From positions 1 through 49,658 of the forward strand of contig CAWDLW010000004.1 of the NCBI GenBank assembly GCA_963803145.1: a DNA stretch of 49,658 nucleotides, in the 5' to 3' direction. The number at the start of each line of letters is the position of its first letter. The stretch's first letter is position 1. Under the pieces are notes generated by a model, which saw only the letters and a list, made by a program, of their open reading frames with translations, was not told the origin of the DNA and ran no database searches. This stretch comes from Methanotrichaceae archaeon (lineage in GTDB: Archaea > Halobacteriota > Methanosarcinia > Methanotrichales > Methanotrichaceae). The translations under genes and the position numbers were made by a program. Shown piece by piece: positions 31,350 through 41,285 of this stretch.

Positions 31350-31670
31350 CCATAAAAGCTTTGAGAATGAATACGTTCATTGGGGCGCATAGGTACAAGC
31401 ACATGAACATCAAACTGCAGAATCAGTTCATGCTCGGCGAGTTCCAATCTTCTGAAAGGAAGCTATTTGGTTGCTAATGATTCTTAAATATCCAAACCAA
31501 ATGATTCAGCATGATCTATCTACCATTTGATTGAAGGTTGATTTCCTTCTCACAGCTAGAAGAATTATAAGCCATTTGTATGTTATTCATATTTTCTTTT
31601 ATGTTAATATGGATCTTTTTCATCTTTTTACCCCAAAACTACTTATTCTCATACGTAGAATAGGCATACT

Positions 31671-31964
31671 ATGGCAGGAGTTCTTGAGCAGATAAGGAGA
31701 CCCAGGAGAAGGCTGGTGAAGGAGAATGTATCTTCAGCCAAAATCGATAAGAGGGTTCTGGAGCTCCAGGCGGCGATGGAAATCCTGGCTGAGGTATTTG
31801 GCACCGATGTATCGGAGATAGACGAAATGATCAAGCAGCGCTATGAAGAAGGCGCAGAGAGATCACGGGGATCGTATTCACGCAGAAGGCAAACGCAGCC
31901 GCTTCTTAAGCATCGGTGTGATGAGGCCGGGGAGTGGCCATTGGAGTTCTGCCTGGCGGAGTGA
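31671..31964 (+). CDS. Hypothetical protein
   Basis: 97-aa ORF with typical codon usage after an AT-rich promoter region. Confidence 0.6.
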   Translation: MAGVLEQIRRPRRRLVKENVSSAKIDKRVLELQAAMEILAEVFGTDVSEIDEMIKQRYEEGAERSRGSYSRRRQTQPLLKHRCDEAGEWPLEFCLAE

Positions 31965-32086
31965 ATTTAAACGCATATATAATGGATGATGCATTTCTGG
32001 TTAAAAGCTCTATCAGCAATTGTCTATAAATAGAAGATAGATGCTATAGGGCTGAAATTCAAATATTTAATCTTCAGGTGATGAGA

Positions 32087-32602
32087 ATGAGAACTTCTGC
32101 AATTATGGCTCTTATCCTGCTGTCATCAGTTATTGGATTAGCCTTTGGAGCCACGGATAATATGGCCGGAATGGCTGGTATGAATTCAACTCCAAGCAAT
32201 GTGACCAAGACCACTAACGTGACATCCAGCGGCGCCTCAATGACAAGTGGCATGAATATGACCAATAATGCTTCGAAAATGGGAAACACCGTGTGCATGA
32301 TGATGAACGGCACCTGCATGACTTTAAATAATACCTCAATGATGAAAAGCGACATGTGCACAATGCAAAACGGTAGTTGTATGATGGTCAACAATTCATC
32401 GATGGTGAAAATGGGCCAAAGTGGTCAAGGTATGATGGGCAAAGGCATGATGGGAATGGGGATGATGGGAAGTGGGATGATGCCTAATCAAATGACAATG
32501 AAAAATAACAGCTCATCCAATAATTCTAGCAAGGATATGAATGGAATGAAGATGACCACTATGGGGATGAGCCAGGGAATGGGCGGTTGCTGCAAGATGT
32601 GA
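32087..32602 (+). CDS. Secreted Met-rich, Cys-containing low-complexity protein
   Basis: aggtga RBS, signal peptide, GMMG repeats; ends in GGCCKM. Confidence 0.75.
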   Translation: MRTSAIMALILLSSVIGLAFGATDNMAGMAGMNSTPSNVTKTTNVTSSGASMTSGMNMTNNASKMGNTVCMMMNGTCMTLNNTSMMKSDMCTMQNGSCMMVNNSSMVKMGQSGQGMMGKGMMGMGMMGSGMMPNQMTMKNNSSSNNSSKDMNGMKMTTMGMSQGMGGCCKM

Positions 32603-32800
32603 ACTTTCAGCTTTTTACGGCTGTCGATGTAAAATGCATTATCGGCGTTTGCAATAAGCTCTCAATGTAGGGATTTGCCTTTAGAGCATAGAGCATATTG
32701 CCCTTTCCCTTTAGAGCCATTCTCAGGACATTTATTGAAGCTTCAGATAAGTTTCAATAAACGATAGCACGATATCAACAGGGATATTAATAATAGAAAT

Positions 32801-33040
32801 CTAACTAAACAGCTTACTCCTTATATGCTCCTTCAACTTTCCTTCATCCTCCTGAATCTTAGCATGCATGCCGCACCTCTGAGGCATTGGAATAAGATCG
32901 CTATCCAGAAGATCGTAATAAGCCTCATCAGGCCCGATCTCTCCATCAACATATTTTCGTAAGATCTCCTTTACACCCGCCTGCTTATCCAGACTTAAAC
33001 CCTGGAAATCATCCGCAGCCTGCTTTATCTGATTGTACAT
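32801..33040 (-). CDS. Small hypothetical protein
   Basis: 79-aa helical ORF divergent from the cation transporter; PMPQRCGMH motif. Confidence 0.65.
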   Translation of the reverse strand: MYNQIKQAADDFQGLSLDKQAGVKEILRKYVDGEIGPDEAYYDLLDSDLIPMPQRCGMHAKIQEDEGKLKEHIRSKLFS

Positions 33041-33110
33041 GAATTACTCATTCCAAGTAGAGTATTTATCCCTTATCAGCGTCTTATCCCGCCTATAATC
33101 GGGGAGTTTC

Positions 33111-33731
33111 ATGGACAAACTCTACAAAAAGGCGCTCAATCTTGAGTATTTCACTGTAGGCTACAATATCCTTGAGGCATTCTTCTCCATATTATTCGGC
33201 TCTGAGGCTGGCAGCATAGCCCTTGTGGGCTTCGGCTTGGATAGCGTAGTTGAATCGCTCTCAGGCTTGATCCTGATCTGGCGGCTCCGTAAGCATGGGG
33301 GTGCCACTCATGAGGAAGAAATGACGAGCGAGATAAAGGCCATCAGGTTTGTTGCAGCCACATTCTTCCTGCTGGGAGCCTATGTTCTTTATGAGTCTGC
33401 GAGAAAGCTGATCTTCGTCGAGATCGCAAAGCCAACATTGCCAGGAATTGCTATAGCCTTGCTATCGGTCATTGTAATGCCCGTTTTGTCGCTTAAAAAG
33501 CGTGACCTGGGGACTAAAATCAACAGCCGAGCCCTCGTGGCAGATTCGAAAGAGACGCTGACCTGCGCCTTTTTATCAGTGCCTTTACTTATTGGTTTGG
33601 CAGCAAATTACCTCTTCGGCTTTTGGCAGGCTGATCCGCTCGTTGGTCTGATAGTTGTGATATTCTTGATCAGAGAGGGCACTGAGTGGTGGATGGAGGC
33701 AGATGAAGACGAAGAGGATGAGATGATTTGA
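33111..33731 (+). CDS. Cation diffusion facilitator-like (short cation-efflux) transporter
   Basis: SIALVGFGLDSVVE, SRALVADSKET and WQADPL; about 6 TM helices. Confidence 0.88.
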   Translation: MDKLYKKALNLEYFTVGYNILEAFFSILFGSEAGSIALVGFGLDSVVESLSGLILIWRLRKHGGATHEEEMTSEIKAIRFVAATFFLLGAYVLYESARKLIFVEIAKPTLPGIAIALLSVIVMPVLSLKKRDLGTKINSRALVADSKETLTCAFLSVPLLIGLAANYLFGFWQADPLVGLIVVIFLIREGTEWWMEADEDEEDEMI

Positions 33732-33796
33732 GTATATCCGTTAGCATCAACTCTCAGGAAAGAGTTTTATATAAGCAAGAGTTTGCTTCATCCTTT

Positions 33797-34885
33797 ATGG
33801 GACATGCATTCATAAGTCCTCTCAACTGGGGGTTGGGTCATGCAACGAGAGATATCCCCATCATCCGAGAGCTTTTGAATCGCGGCCATGAGGTAACAAT
33901 TGCCACCAGTGGAAATGCCCTGGTTTCTCTGAAAAAAGAATTCCCCGAATGCAGCTTCATATTCTATAAGGATTATCCTGCGCCCTATAGCTCCACAAGG
34001 TTCTTCTTGCCTAAGTTTGCGGCTGCCACTCCAATGCTGCTGAAGGCCCTTGCTACAGAGAGGAAGAATTTGAATAAAATACTCTCTGGGAATAAGTACG
34101 ATCTAATAATTAGCGATAACAGATTGGGTGTTTATTCTAAAGACATTCCCTGCTATTTTATTACCCATCAGCTACGCTTCAGATTGCCGAAATATGTCCG
34201 ATCGCTTGAGAAAGGTACTCTTTACTTCAATGGATTCTTCCATAAAAGGTATACCGGAGTTATAGTGCCTGATATCAAGCCCAATGGCTCAAACCTCAGC
34301 GGCGAACTGGCCCTATCTAATCTGAAGGTCACAAACGACAGAACCTATTTTGCCGGGATACTGACAAGCACCAGAAAAATTAACGTAGATAATGATCTGG
34401 ATTTTCTCATAATAGTTTCGGGCCCCGAGCCGCAGAGAACAAAGCTTGAGGAGATCATACTTAAGCAGGTTAGAAGTCTTCCAGGCGAGAAAGTAGTCCT
34501 TCTCGGAAGCCCGCAAAAGGAATGGCATGAAAAGCTTGATGAGCATACTACAGTTTATTCCTACGTTTCAAACGAGGATAAGGTAGAGCTGATGAACAGG
34601 GCGAAGTTCATAATCAGTAGATCAGGCTATACAACTATGATGGAGCTTGCTGAGCTCGATAAGAAGTGCGGCTTGTTCACTCCCACGCCAGGACAAACGG
34701 AGCAGGAGTACCTTTCCAGGTATTATGCTAGAAAATGCTGGTTCTATTCTCGCAGCCAGTATAAGCTAAAGCTGCCTGAAGATGTAGATACTGCGATGAA
34801 ATACAAAGGATTCCCAGATATGCCCAAGACAGCGGAAAACGTAAAACGGCTTTACGAGAATGTTCTGAAGCAACATTTATCCTAA
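33797..34885 (+). CDS. Glycosyltransferase (GT-B, family 28 C-terminal-like)
   Basis: PLNWGLGHATR, ISDNR, SGPEPQRT, SRSGYTT and PTPGQTEQEYL. ATG at 33797 preferred over TTG at 33728. Confidence 0.88.
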   Translation: MGHAFISPLNWGLGHATRDIPIIRELLNRGHEVTIATSGNALVSLKKEFPECSFIFYKDYPAPYSSTRFFLPKFAAATPMLLKALATERKNLNKILSGNKYDLIISDNRLGVYSKDIPCYFITHQLRFRLPKYVRSLEKGTLYFNGFFHKRYTGVIVPDIKPNGSNLSGELALSNLKVTNDRTYFAGILTSTRKINVDNDLDFLIIVSGPEPQRTKLEEIILKQVRSLPGEKVVLLGSPQKEWHEKLDEHTTVYSYVSNEDKVELMNRAKFIISRSGYTTMMELAELDKKCGLFTPTPGQTEQEYLSRYYARKCWFYSRSQYKLKLPEDVDTAMKYKGFPDMPKTAENVKRLYENVLKQHLS

Positions 34886-35096
34886 AAATAATTTTGAAGT
34901 TATCCATATCTTCGGATGAAGTCTTTGGACAAGCGATAATTATACGGATGCTTTAAAAAATTTACGCTGTACTGTAACAGAAACATGATAAAAAGGCCTT
35001 ATAGTTATTTCGACTGTCAATTCATTAGCGAAAGGATTATAAAAGAGTATACCGTTAGTTTTGATTAGGCCACTTAAGAAGTGCCAGGGAGTCATT

Positions 35097-35240
35097 ATGA
35101 GCAGTGATGCAATTTATTGCGGCTTCTGCCAGGGTCAATGCCCACTAGGCGTTGAAAAGACAATGGAGTGCCGCGTTATTCAGGGCTATGAGTGCCCCTA
35201 TTTCTGTGATCCTATAAACCGCGAGTTAGTCGTTACATAG
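35097..35240 (+). CDS. 47-aa six-cysteine small protein; not in the ORF track
   Basis: MSSDAIYCGFCQGQCPLGVEKTMECRVIQGYECPYFCDPINRELVVT*, with a gggag RBS and BRE/TATA (gcgaaaggattataaaa, ~35028-35044). Confidence 0.65.
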   Translation: MSSDAIYCGFCQGQCPLGVEKTMECRVIQGYECPYFCDPINRELVVT

Positions 35241-35389
35241 TCGTAAGTTAGCATAGAGCTAATTATATTTTTAGACTATTTCAAAAATTCAAGCCTGCTC
35301 TGACCAATCAAATCAATCCATTATCTGCAATCACGGCGATATTATCCTTGTTTCTGGATAACCAGAAACTGATTCCGAATATCCCTGAG

Positions 35390-37396
35390 TTATCTTGCTT
35401 TCCTGGTTCTGGCCCTTCTCTCTCGCCGGATATCATGAAGCATCTTCAATCCTTCCGAGGCGGCAATGCAGCCCTGGAAACATTTGCCACAGCGGACACA
35501 TCTTTTTTCATCAACTGTTATAGTGTCCTTGACTGTAATCGCCCTCCGCCTGCATTTATTCTCGCAAATTTTGCAATGCGTGCACGTTTGGACACGGAGT
35601 ATCGTTTCTATAATGCTTTTCAGGATATCATCTGCCTTCTCCTTCGGCGCTACAACAAGGATATGTCCGTTTGCAAACACAGTAGACCTGGAGTCCCCTT
35701 TTTCCAGGATCGCTGTGCCCAATTCCTCAGAGTACTTTACATTTCCGAGGCAGCTCAAAGCATTGGCTACCCGTCCAAAAGGATAGTTTTGAGGCACTGA
35801 GAGGTTGCATTCAATTGAATGCTTAACGCCGCAGGGCGACCGCCCTTCAACAAAATCAAGCCGGATCTCCTTCTGCACCTTAGGGCTGACTCTCAAGCTG
35901 ACATCATGAGCCTTTGCGATCTCGGCGATCTTCGGAGGATGTCTTTTCCAGCGCCAAAAGCCCCAGTCGATGTATCTCATATCCAGTCTGTTTTCTTTTG
36001 CCCACGTCCGCAGGCATGAGTTCAACTGCTCATAAAGCTGAGGATGAGTCCTTCTTGTGTTCTCAAGCTCGGACTGTAGAGATGCCGGACATAGCCAGCA
36101 GCCTATGCGCTCGTAGTCCTTCTCATAAAGCGGATTTTTGGGTAGTTTATTCCAGTAGATGTATAGCATGACCTCAAGCGCCTTCCAGTTCCGAATGGGG
36201 CAAAGGGTTGTCTGGTTCGGCACATAAGGATTCTTCTCAACTGCGCCTATCTTCGAGCGGCTGAAAGACTCGTAAATTCTTCGTCCCTCAACAGTTACAC
36301 AGCCTTTCGGATACTGGCGCTGTATAAATGTTGTTAGAGGACCAAGCTTGTTGGTCTTGCAGCACCATCTGAAGTCCTTTGCAGGCGGCCCGAAGCTTTT
36401 AATCTGCTCAAAGAAGTTGCTGTTTTCTTCTTTGATCTCGTGAAGCTTCAAATTGCGTTTCGAGCAGAAATCGTGGACATACTCAACCGTTTCCGGGAAT
36501 TCCAGTTGGGTATTGATGAAGAGAATCTCGGCATTCGGCTTTGCTTTGAGGCCGAGATTGAGGGTCGCAAGGCTATCCTTTCCCCCGCTGAATGAGATGT
36601 TTATGGGCAGCTTCGTCCTGGAAATGTAATCCTTCAACTCCTTAACAGCGACCATTTCCAGCCTCTTGAGGTGTGCATCATTTGCCGCTACGACATCTTC
36701 AAGGGTCGGGATATGGTCACTGAGCCTGAACTCCCTTTGGGTTACGTCCTTTATCCTGATGGATAGAGAGCCGTCACCTCTTCTCCTGACAGTTCCAACT
36801 CCGACGAATTTTCCGATTTTCAAAATAACAGAATCGCCCTCAACTAAATGGTCAGGCTGACTTTCGATATTCTCCCTCTCAATCCATTTCCCTTTGATAT
36901 GCCCTTTCAGTAGCGATTCACGGCAGATAACTACATTCTTTGTCGCCTTTGAGGCAAGCAACGATGTGCCCGGAAGCTCTAGATCGAGCATGTATGTTCC
37001 GGAGGTTATATCGAACCATAGCGTAGCTATATGGTAGCCGTCCAAAATCACCTGATCTCTGCGGTCGATGCCAGCGATCTTGTTGAGCAGAATTACGCGA
37101 TTATCCAGGAAATCAAAATAGCCGTAGCTGTGCTCGAAAAGGTCCTTCAGCAGCTCTCTGCATGAGCTGGAGCAGAGGCGCACATCAGCAGGAGGCGAGA
37201 GATGGATGACCCTGCCCGATCCTCCGCAGGTGGAGCATTTCTCGGAGAGCAACGGAACGTTGCAGGTCTGGCACCAGAAGATGTCGCTCTCGCCTGGTGC
37301 AAAGGTTCTTGATGCAGATGTCCTCTCCTTTGGTGCAAATGTCCTATGTTTTTCTTTCATGTGTTCCTTTTCTATGGAATACGATGCTGAAATCAT
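35390..37396 (-). CDS. Archaeal PAPS-reductase-family protein with Zn ribbon and C-terminal 4Fe-4S dicluster
   Basis: PP-loop SFSGGKDS, CCKTNK, RIGCWLC, CTHCKICENKC and CVRCGKCFQGC. Confidence 0.9.
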   Translation of the reverse strand: MISASYSIEKEHMKEKHRTFAPKERTSASRTFAPGESDIFWCQTCNVPLLSEKCSTCGGSGRVIHLSPPADVRLCSSSCRELLKDLFEHSYGYFDFLDNRVILLNKIAGIDRRDQVILDGYHIATLWFDITSGTYMLDLELPGTSLLASKATKNVVICRESLLKGHIKGKWIERENIESQPDHLVEGDSVILKIGKFVGVGTVRRRGDGSLSIRIKDVTQREFRLSDHIPTLEDVVAANDAHLKRLEMVAVKELKDYISRTKLPINISFSGGKDSLATLNLGLKAKPNAEILFINTQLEFPETVEYVHDFCSKRNLKLHEIKEENSNFFEQIKSFGPPAKDFRWCCKTNKLGPLTTFIQRQYPKGCVTVEGRRIYESFSRSKIGAVEKNPYVPNQTTLCPIRNWKALEVMLYIYWNKLPKNPLYEKDYERIGCWLCPASLQSELENTRRTHPQLYEQLNSCLRTWAKENRLDMRYIDWGFWRWKRHPPKIAEIAKAHDVSLRVSPKVQKEIRLDFVEGRSPCGVKHSIECNLSVPQNYPFGRVANALSCLGNVKYSEELGTAILEKGDSRSTVFANGHILVVAPKEKADDILKSIIETILRVQTCTHCKICENKCRRRAITVKDTITVDEKRCVRCGKCFQGCIAASEGLKMLHDIRRERRARTRKAR

Positions 37397-37667
37397 GACG
37401 GTTTTATCTATTAAATAGATTGTCTTAAGCTAGCTGTTCTTGAATTGGAGCAATGAGCAACCTTTAACTCTCATTTTATTAACGGTTGATTTGTATAGTA
37501 ATATTGGATCCATTCATCCTTAAAAAGATTACCTTCTCCGAATACTACTAATATTATAAATAATTTGCAGCTTGAACAATAAATGGGAAATATGCTTTGC
37601 GAGACATAAGCCTCATGAGGCCATATCTCTTGCTTTGCCCTCAGATATCACCCACATTGTCCTTTTC

Positions 37668-38303
37668 TCAGTTATAATTTTTTGCTGTAACACTGGTAGC
37701 TATCCTGAGTGCTCTTACAGTTCCTGAGCCAGTCTCGCCTCCAGCTCTGAATACAGTATACGGCGATGAAAGATATAGCCTGCTGATATCAAGAGATATG
37801 GCGTAAAGCACAGTTCCGCTCTCTGAAACAACATTCAGGTTCATGATGCTTCCCGACATAAGGCCGCTTGCTGTAACTGGCTGAGAGGTCATTCCTGAGT
37901 CCATGCTTCCGCGCCCAAAAATCCTTTCTCCAAGTTGGAATAGGTCCAAATCTATTGATCTGCCTTCTGAAAGCTCCAGATGCCAGCGGCCTTTTACACT
38001 TATAGCAGCTGCACTCGTTGTGGTTTTCCCGACAGTTGTAGCCCTCTGAGTAGCCGGCGTTGTTGCTGCAGACCCAAGAGCTACACCATCTCCATATCGG
38101 TCCATGGATCCTTGCATTTCACTTATCGCCGGATCTGACGATGTATAGTGGCTGCCGGTTGAGGAAAAGATCGGATCTGTGAAGTATTGCCCAACATCGC
38201 CATAATTTCCGCTCCTCGCGTATCCTCCGTCCAGGTAGTCCTGCCCGCTAGCTACTGCTATTAGCATGACAAAGAGCGAGAGAGCCCCATAAACTTTTAT
38301 CAT
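37668..38303 (-). CDS. Secreted hypothetical protein (Methanothrix-type, C-terminal beta-barrel-like domain)
   Basis: Signal peptide from ATG at 38303, QYFTDPIF motif, Thr/Ala linker and GRWHLEL...LDLFQ. Confidence 0.7.
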   Translation of the reverse strand: MIKVYGALSLFVMLIAVASGQDYLDGGYARSGNYGDVGQYFTDPIFSSTGSHYTSSDPAISEMQGSMDRYGDGVALGSAATTPATQRATTVGKTTTSAAAISVKGRWHLELSEGRSIDLDLFQLGERIFGRGSMDSGMTSQPVTASGLMSGSIMNLNVVSESGTVLYAISLDISRLYLSSPYTVFRAGGETGSGTVRALRIATSVTAKNYN

Positions 38304-38656
38304 GGTTACACCGCTGATATTATTATCGTCAATTGACTTAAATGTATCCGTCATATATTGAATAAGTTCATCTACGGCCAAATTTTATGCGAGCAATGGC
38401 TAAGAAAAGAGCGACTGCCCTAATTCCGATACATCTCTTCTTTACTTTGCCACCCCAGCTTCAGTAGCCATGCGCCACTGGCAATGGAACCTAACGATAG
38501 TATATAGCCAATACTTTTCTAGTGTTTTACGCTCATCGATAATTATACATGCTAAGAAGTGAAGATAATAACCTACCACGCTAAAAGGAATACGCAAATA
38601 TGCACAAAGACAGCAGATATATAAATCAAAATATAAATATTAATACCCCAAAAACT

Positions 38657-39649
38657 ATGCGTGCCATGGTTTTAGAGCGGCCAACCGAGCCATTACGGCT
38701 TTTGGAGCTTCCTGTCCCTCGCCCGGATCCTGAGCAGATCCTGATCAATGTACATGCATGCGGAGTTTGCCGAACGGATCTTCACATAGTTGATGGCGAG
38801 CTGAAAAGTCCAAAGCTTCCGCTGATTCCAGGCCATGAGATCGTTGGAACTGTAGTTCAGGTCGGTGAAAAAGCCAGCCGTTTTCATCCGGGCGACAGAG
38901 TCGGCGTTCCATGGCTTGGATATACCGATGGCACATGCCGCTACTGCAGATCAGGCCGCGAGAACCTTTGCGATAATCCAAAGTTCACAGGCTATACATT
39001 GGACGGCGGGTATGCAGAATACACCGTGGCAGATCAAAGATACTGCTTTCCCATCCCCGAAGGCTATAACGATCTGGAGGCCGCCCCTCTTTTATGCGCA
39101 GGCCTGATAGGCTACAGATCCTACCGAGTAGCGGTAAATGAAGGAAACGTCGAGCGCCTTGGCATCTACGGCTTTGGGGCAGCAGCACATATCATCACCC
39201 AGGTGGCCATGCATAAAGGTATAGAGGTATATGCCTTCACTCGGCCTGGAGATACGAAGGGACAGGAGTTCGCACGCCATATGGGTGCTATTTGGTCAGG
39301 CGGATCGAATGAGAATCCTCCTCAATCATTGGATGCAGCGATCATCTTCGCGCCTGCAGGTCCCTTGGTCTCGGCAGCCCTTAAAGTGATGGCAAAAGGT
39401 GGCGTTGTTGTCTGCGGAGGAATCCACATGAGCGATATTCCATCATTTCCCTATGTGATCCTCTGGGAGGAAAGGGTAGTAAGATCAGTTGCAAATCTGA
39501 CTCGTCTGGATGGAGAGGAGTTTCTTAAGCTGGCCCCAAAGGTGCCTGTGAAAACCCAGGTGACTCCGTTTCCTCTGGAAGAGGCGAATCAGGCGCTTGA
39601 GAGTCTGAGAGAAGGAAAAATAGAAGGAGCCGCTGTTCTTTATACATAG
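38657..39649 (+). CDS. Zinc-dependent alcohol dehydrogenase family protein (MDR)
   Basis: CGVCRTDLH, PGHEIVG, CRYC..ENLC and GIYGFGAAAH. ATG at 38657 preferred. Confidence 0.92.
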   Translation: MRAMVLERPTEPLRLLELPVPRPDPEQILINVHACGVCRTDLHIVDGELKSPKLPLIPGHEIVGTVVQVGEKASRFHPGDRVGVPWLGYTDGTCRYCRSGRENLCDNPKFTGYTLDGGYAEYTVADQRYCFPIPEGYNDLEAAPLLCAGLIGYRSYRVAVNEGNVERLGIYGFGAAAHIITQVAMHKGIEVYAFTRPGDTKGQEFARHMGAIWSGGSNENPPQSLDAAIIFAPAGPLVSAALKVMAKGGVVVCGGIHMSDIPSFPYVILWEERVVRSVANLTRLDGEEFLKLAPKVPVKTQVTPFPLEEANQALESLREGKIEGAAVLYT

Positions 39650-39671
39650 TGGCAGTTTGAAATAAGCAGTT

Positions 39672-40370
39672 TCAACCTAGCTGGAATAGCCTTGGAGATA
39701 TGAGCAGGGCTATTAGGAGAATTACAGCGCCCGAAATTAGCGCGGCAGCAGGCATATACAGGTCCGATGCACCCCACGAAAATAGCAGTGTATTCGATAG
39801 CTGCCAGAAAGGTGAGATAGCCCTGGCCAAGACAATTGAACCAGTTCCTGGGAGGATGCCGGAAAGGCCGGCAACTGCAATAACTGCCAAGAATGCATAC
39901 AGGTGTACTTCTCCGGATGAGCGAGAAATAAGTGCCACAACGGTTCCGAGGGCACTTGCTGATACCAATGCGGCTACATAGCTAAGAATAACCCAGGATA
40001 TAGAAATCATAGAAACTGTGCGGGATTGGCCTGCGAAAAATATTAAGGCAAGAGGCAGGGCCAGCTGAATGCCCATAAATATGGATCTTCCCAGAATATA
40101 GCTGGACACAACAACTGCAGGATGAAGCGGGAGCACAGCCAGTCTTTCCAGCATCTTTGAATCTCTTAGACCTACAATGCCGATGGATGATCCGAAGATG
40201 CCGATAAATATCACTGCCAGTGCCATGCCGCCGGACCTCATAGCAGGTGGAACCCAGGCCAAGGCCAATGGGCCTACAAGGATCATAGGAAGCAATAGCT
40301 TTGTTATCAGAGATCTTCTGCTCTTGCACTCCTCAATAATCTCCTCCTGCCATAGAGCGTTAGGCAGCAT
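39672..40370 (-). CDS. ABC-2 type exporter permease
   Basis: About 6 TM helices and LERLAVLPL. ATG at 40370 overlaps the end of the ATPase gene. Confidence 0.8.
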   Translation of the reverse strand: MLPNALWQEEIIEECKSRRSLITKLLLPMILVGPLALAWVPPAMRSGGMALAVIFIGIFGSSIGIVGLRDSKMLERLAVLPLHPAVVVSSYILGRSIFMGIQLALPLALIFFAGQSRTVSMISISWVILSYVAALVSASALGTVVALISRSSGEVHLYAFLAVIAVAGLSGILPGTGSIVLARAISPFWQLSNTLLFSWGASDLYMPAAALISGAVILLIALLISPRLFQLG

Positions 40371-41283
40371 CGATGTCCTCCCCGGCAAACTTCAGGAATG
40401 CATCTCCAAGATTGGGCTCCTTTACCTCGATCTTCTGAATCACTCCCCCAAGCGTTGTTACCTCTTTCACTACTGACGATAGTGATTCATGATTTGAGGC
40501 CGCAAGTATCCTTAACTCATCACCATTCGCTTCTATCTTCTCTATTCCTCTGATTCCTTTTATGGATTCTATGGATATGGGCGTAGCCAGCTTCAGTTCG
40601 ATCCTGGTCAGAGCATTGAGGGATGCCACTAGATGATCCGGCTGATCTAAGGCAATAATATGCCCATTTTTTAGGAGGGCGACTCTGCTGGCCAGAAGCT
40701 CGGCCTCGCTTACATCGTTGGTAGACAATATTATTGCTATGCCCTTCTCTGCTAGCTGCCGAAGATGAGAATAAATAGCCAAACGGGATGTATAATCCAG
40801 TCCCATTGAGGGCTCATCCATCAGAAGCAGATCGGGCTCATGTACAAGTGCCTCTATAAGCGACAGCTTGCGCCTCATGCCGTAGGAATAGGCTGTAACA
40901 GCTTCATCGCGTCTTTCAGAAAGTCCTATCCATTTGAAGAGGCTATCAAGCCTTGAAGCCGCCACATTATTGGGAAGGCCGTAAGATCGGGCAAACATCC
41001 AGGCATTCTCGTATCCAGTGAGCTTATCCCAGTGGGCTGTATGGTCGAACATGATCCCAACATGCTTCAGGATTTCTGGACTGCTTTTCAAGCCGAAGAG
41101 CAATGCTTCACCTGAATCAGGCTTGAGCAAAGTCGCCATTATCCGTAGAAGCGTTGATTTTCCACAGCCATTGGATCCCAGGAGGACAAATATCTCTCCT
41201 TTATAGACTTCAAGGTCTATGCCATCGAGGACTCTATTTTTACCATAAGATTTTGAGATGCCCTGCAGGGATAGGATCTGCAA
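40360..41283 (-). CDS. ABC exporter ATP-binding subunit
   Basis: GSNGCGKS, YSYGM, LLMDEP and C-terminal EPNLGDAF. Confidence 0.93.
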   Translation of the reverse strand: MQILSLQGISKSYGKNRVLDGIDLEVYKGEIFVLLGSNGCGKSTLLRIMATLLKPDSGEALLFGLKSSPEILKHVGIMFDHTAHWDKLTGYENAWMFARSYGLPNNVAASRLDSLFKWIGLSERRDEAVTAYSYGMRRKLSLIEALVHEPDLLLMDEPSMGLDYTSRLAIYSHLRQLAEKGIAIILSTNDVSEAELLASRVALLKNGHIIALDQPDHLVASLNALTRIELKLATPISIESIKGIRGIEKIEANGDELRILAASNHESLSSVVKEVTTLGGVIQKIEVKEPNLGDAFLKFAGEDIDAA

Positions 41284-41285
41284 TC

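Noticed and set aside
32677-32717. Direct repeat cctttagagc x2
   Set aside because: Too short and has no supporting context.
38657-39649. Alcohol dehydrogenase as evidence for alcohol-driven methanogenesis
   Set aside because: It belongs to a widespread MDR subfamily of unknown substrate, and sequence alone cannot support the claim.
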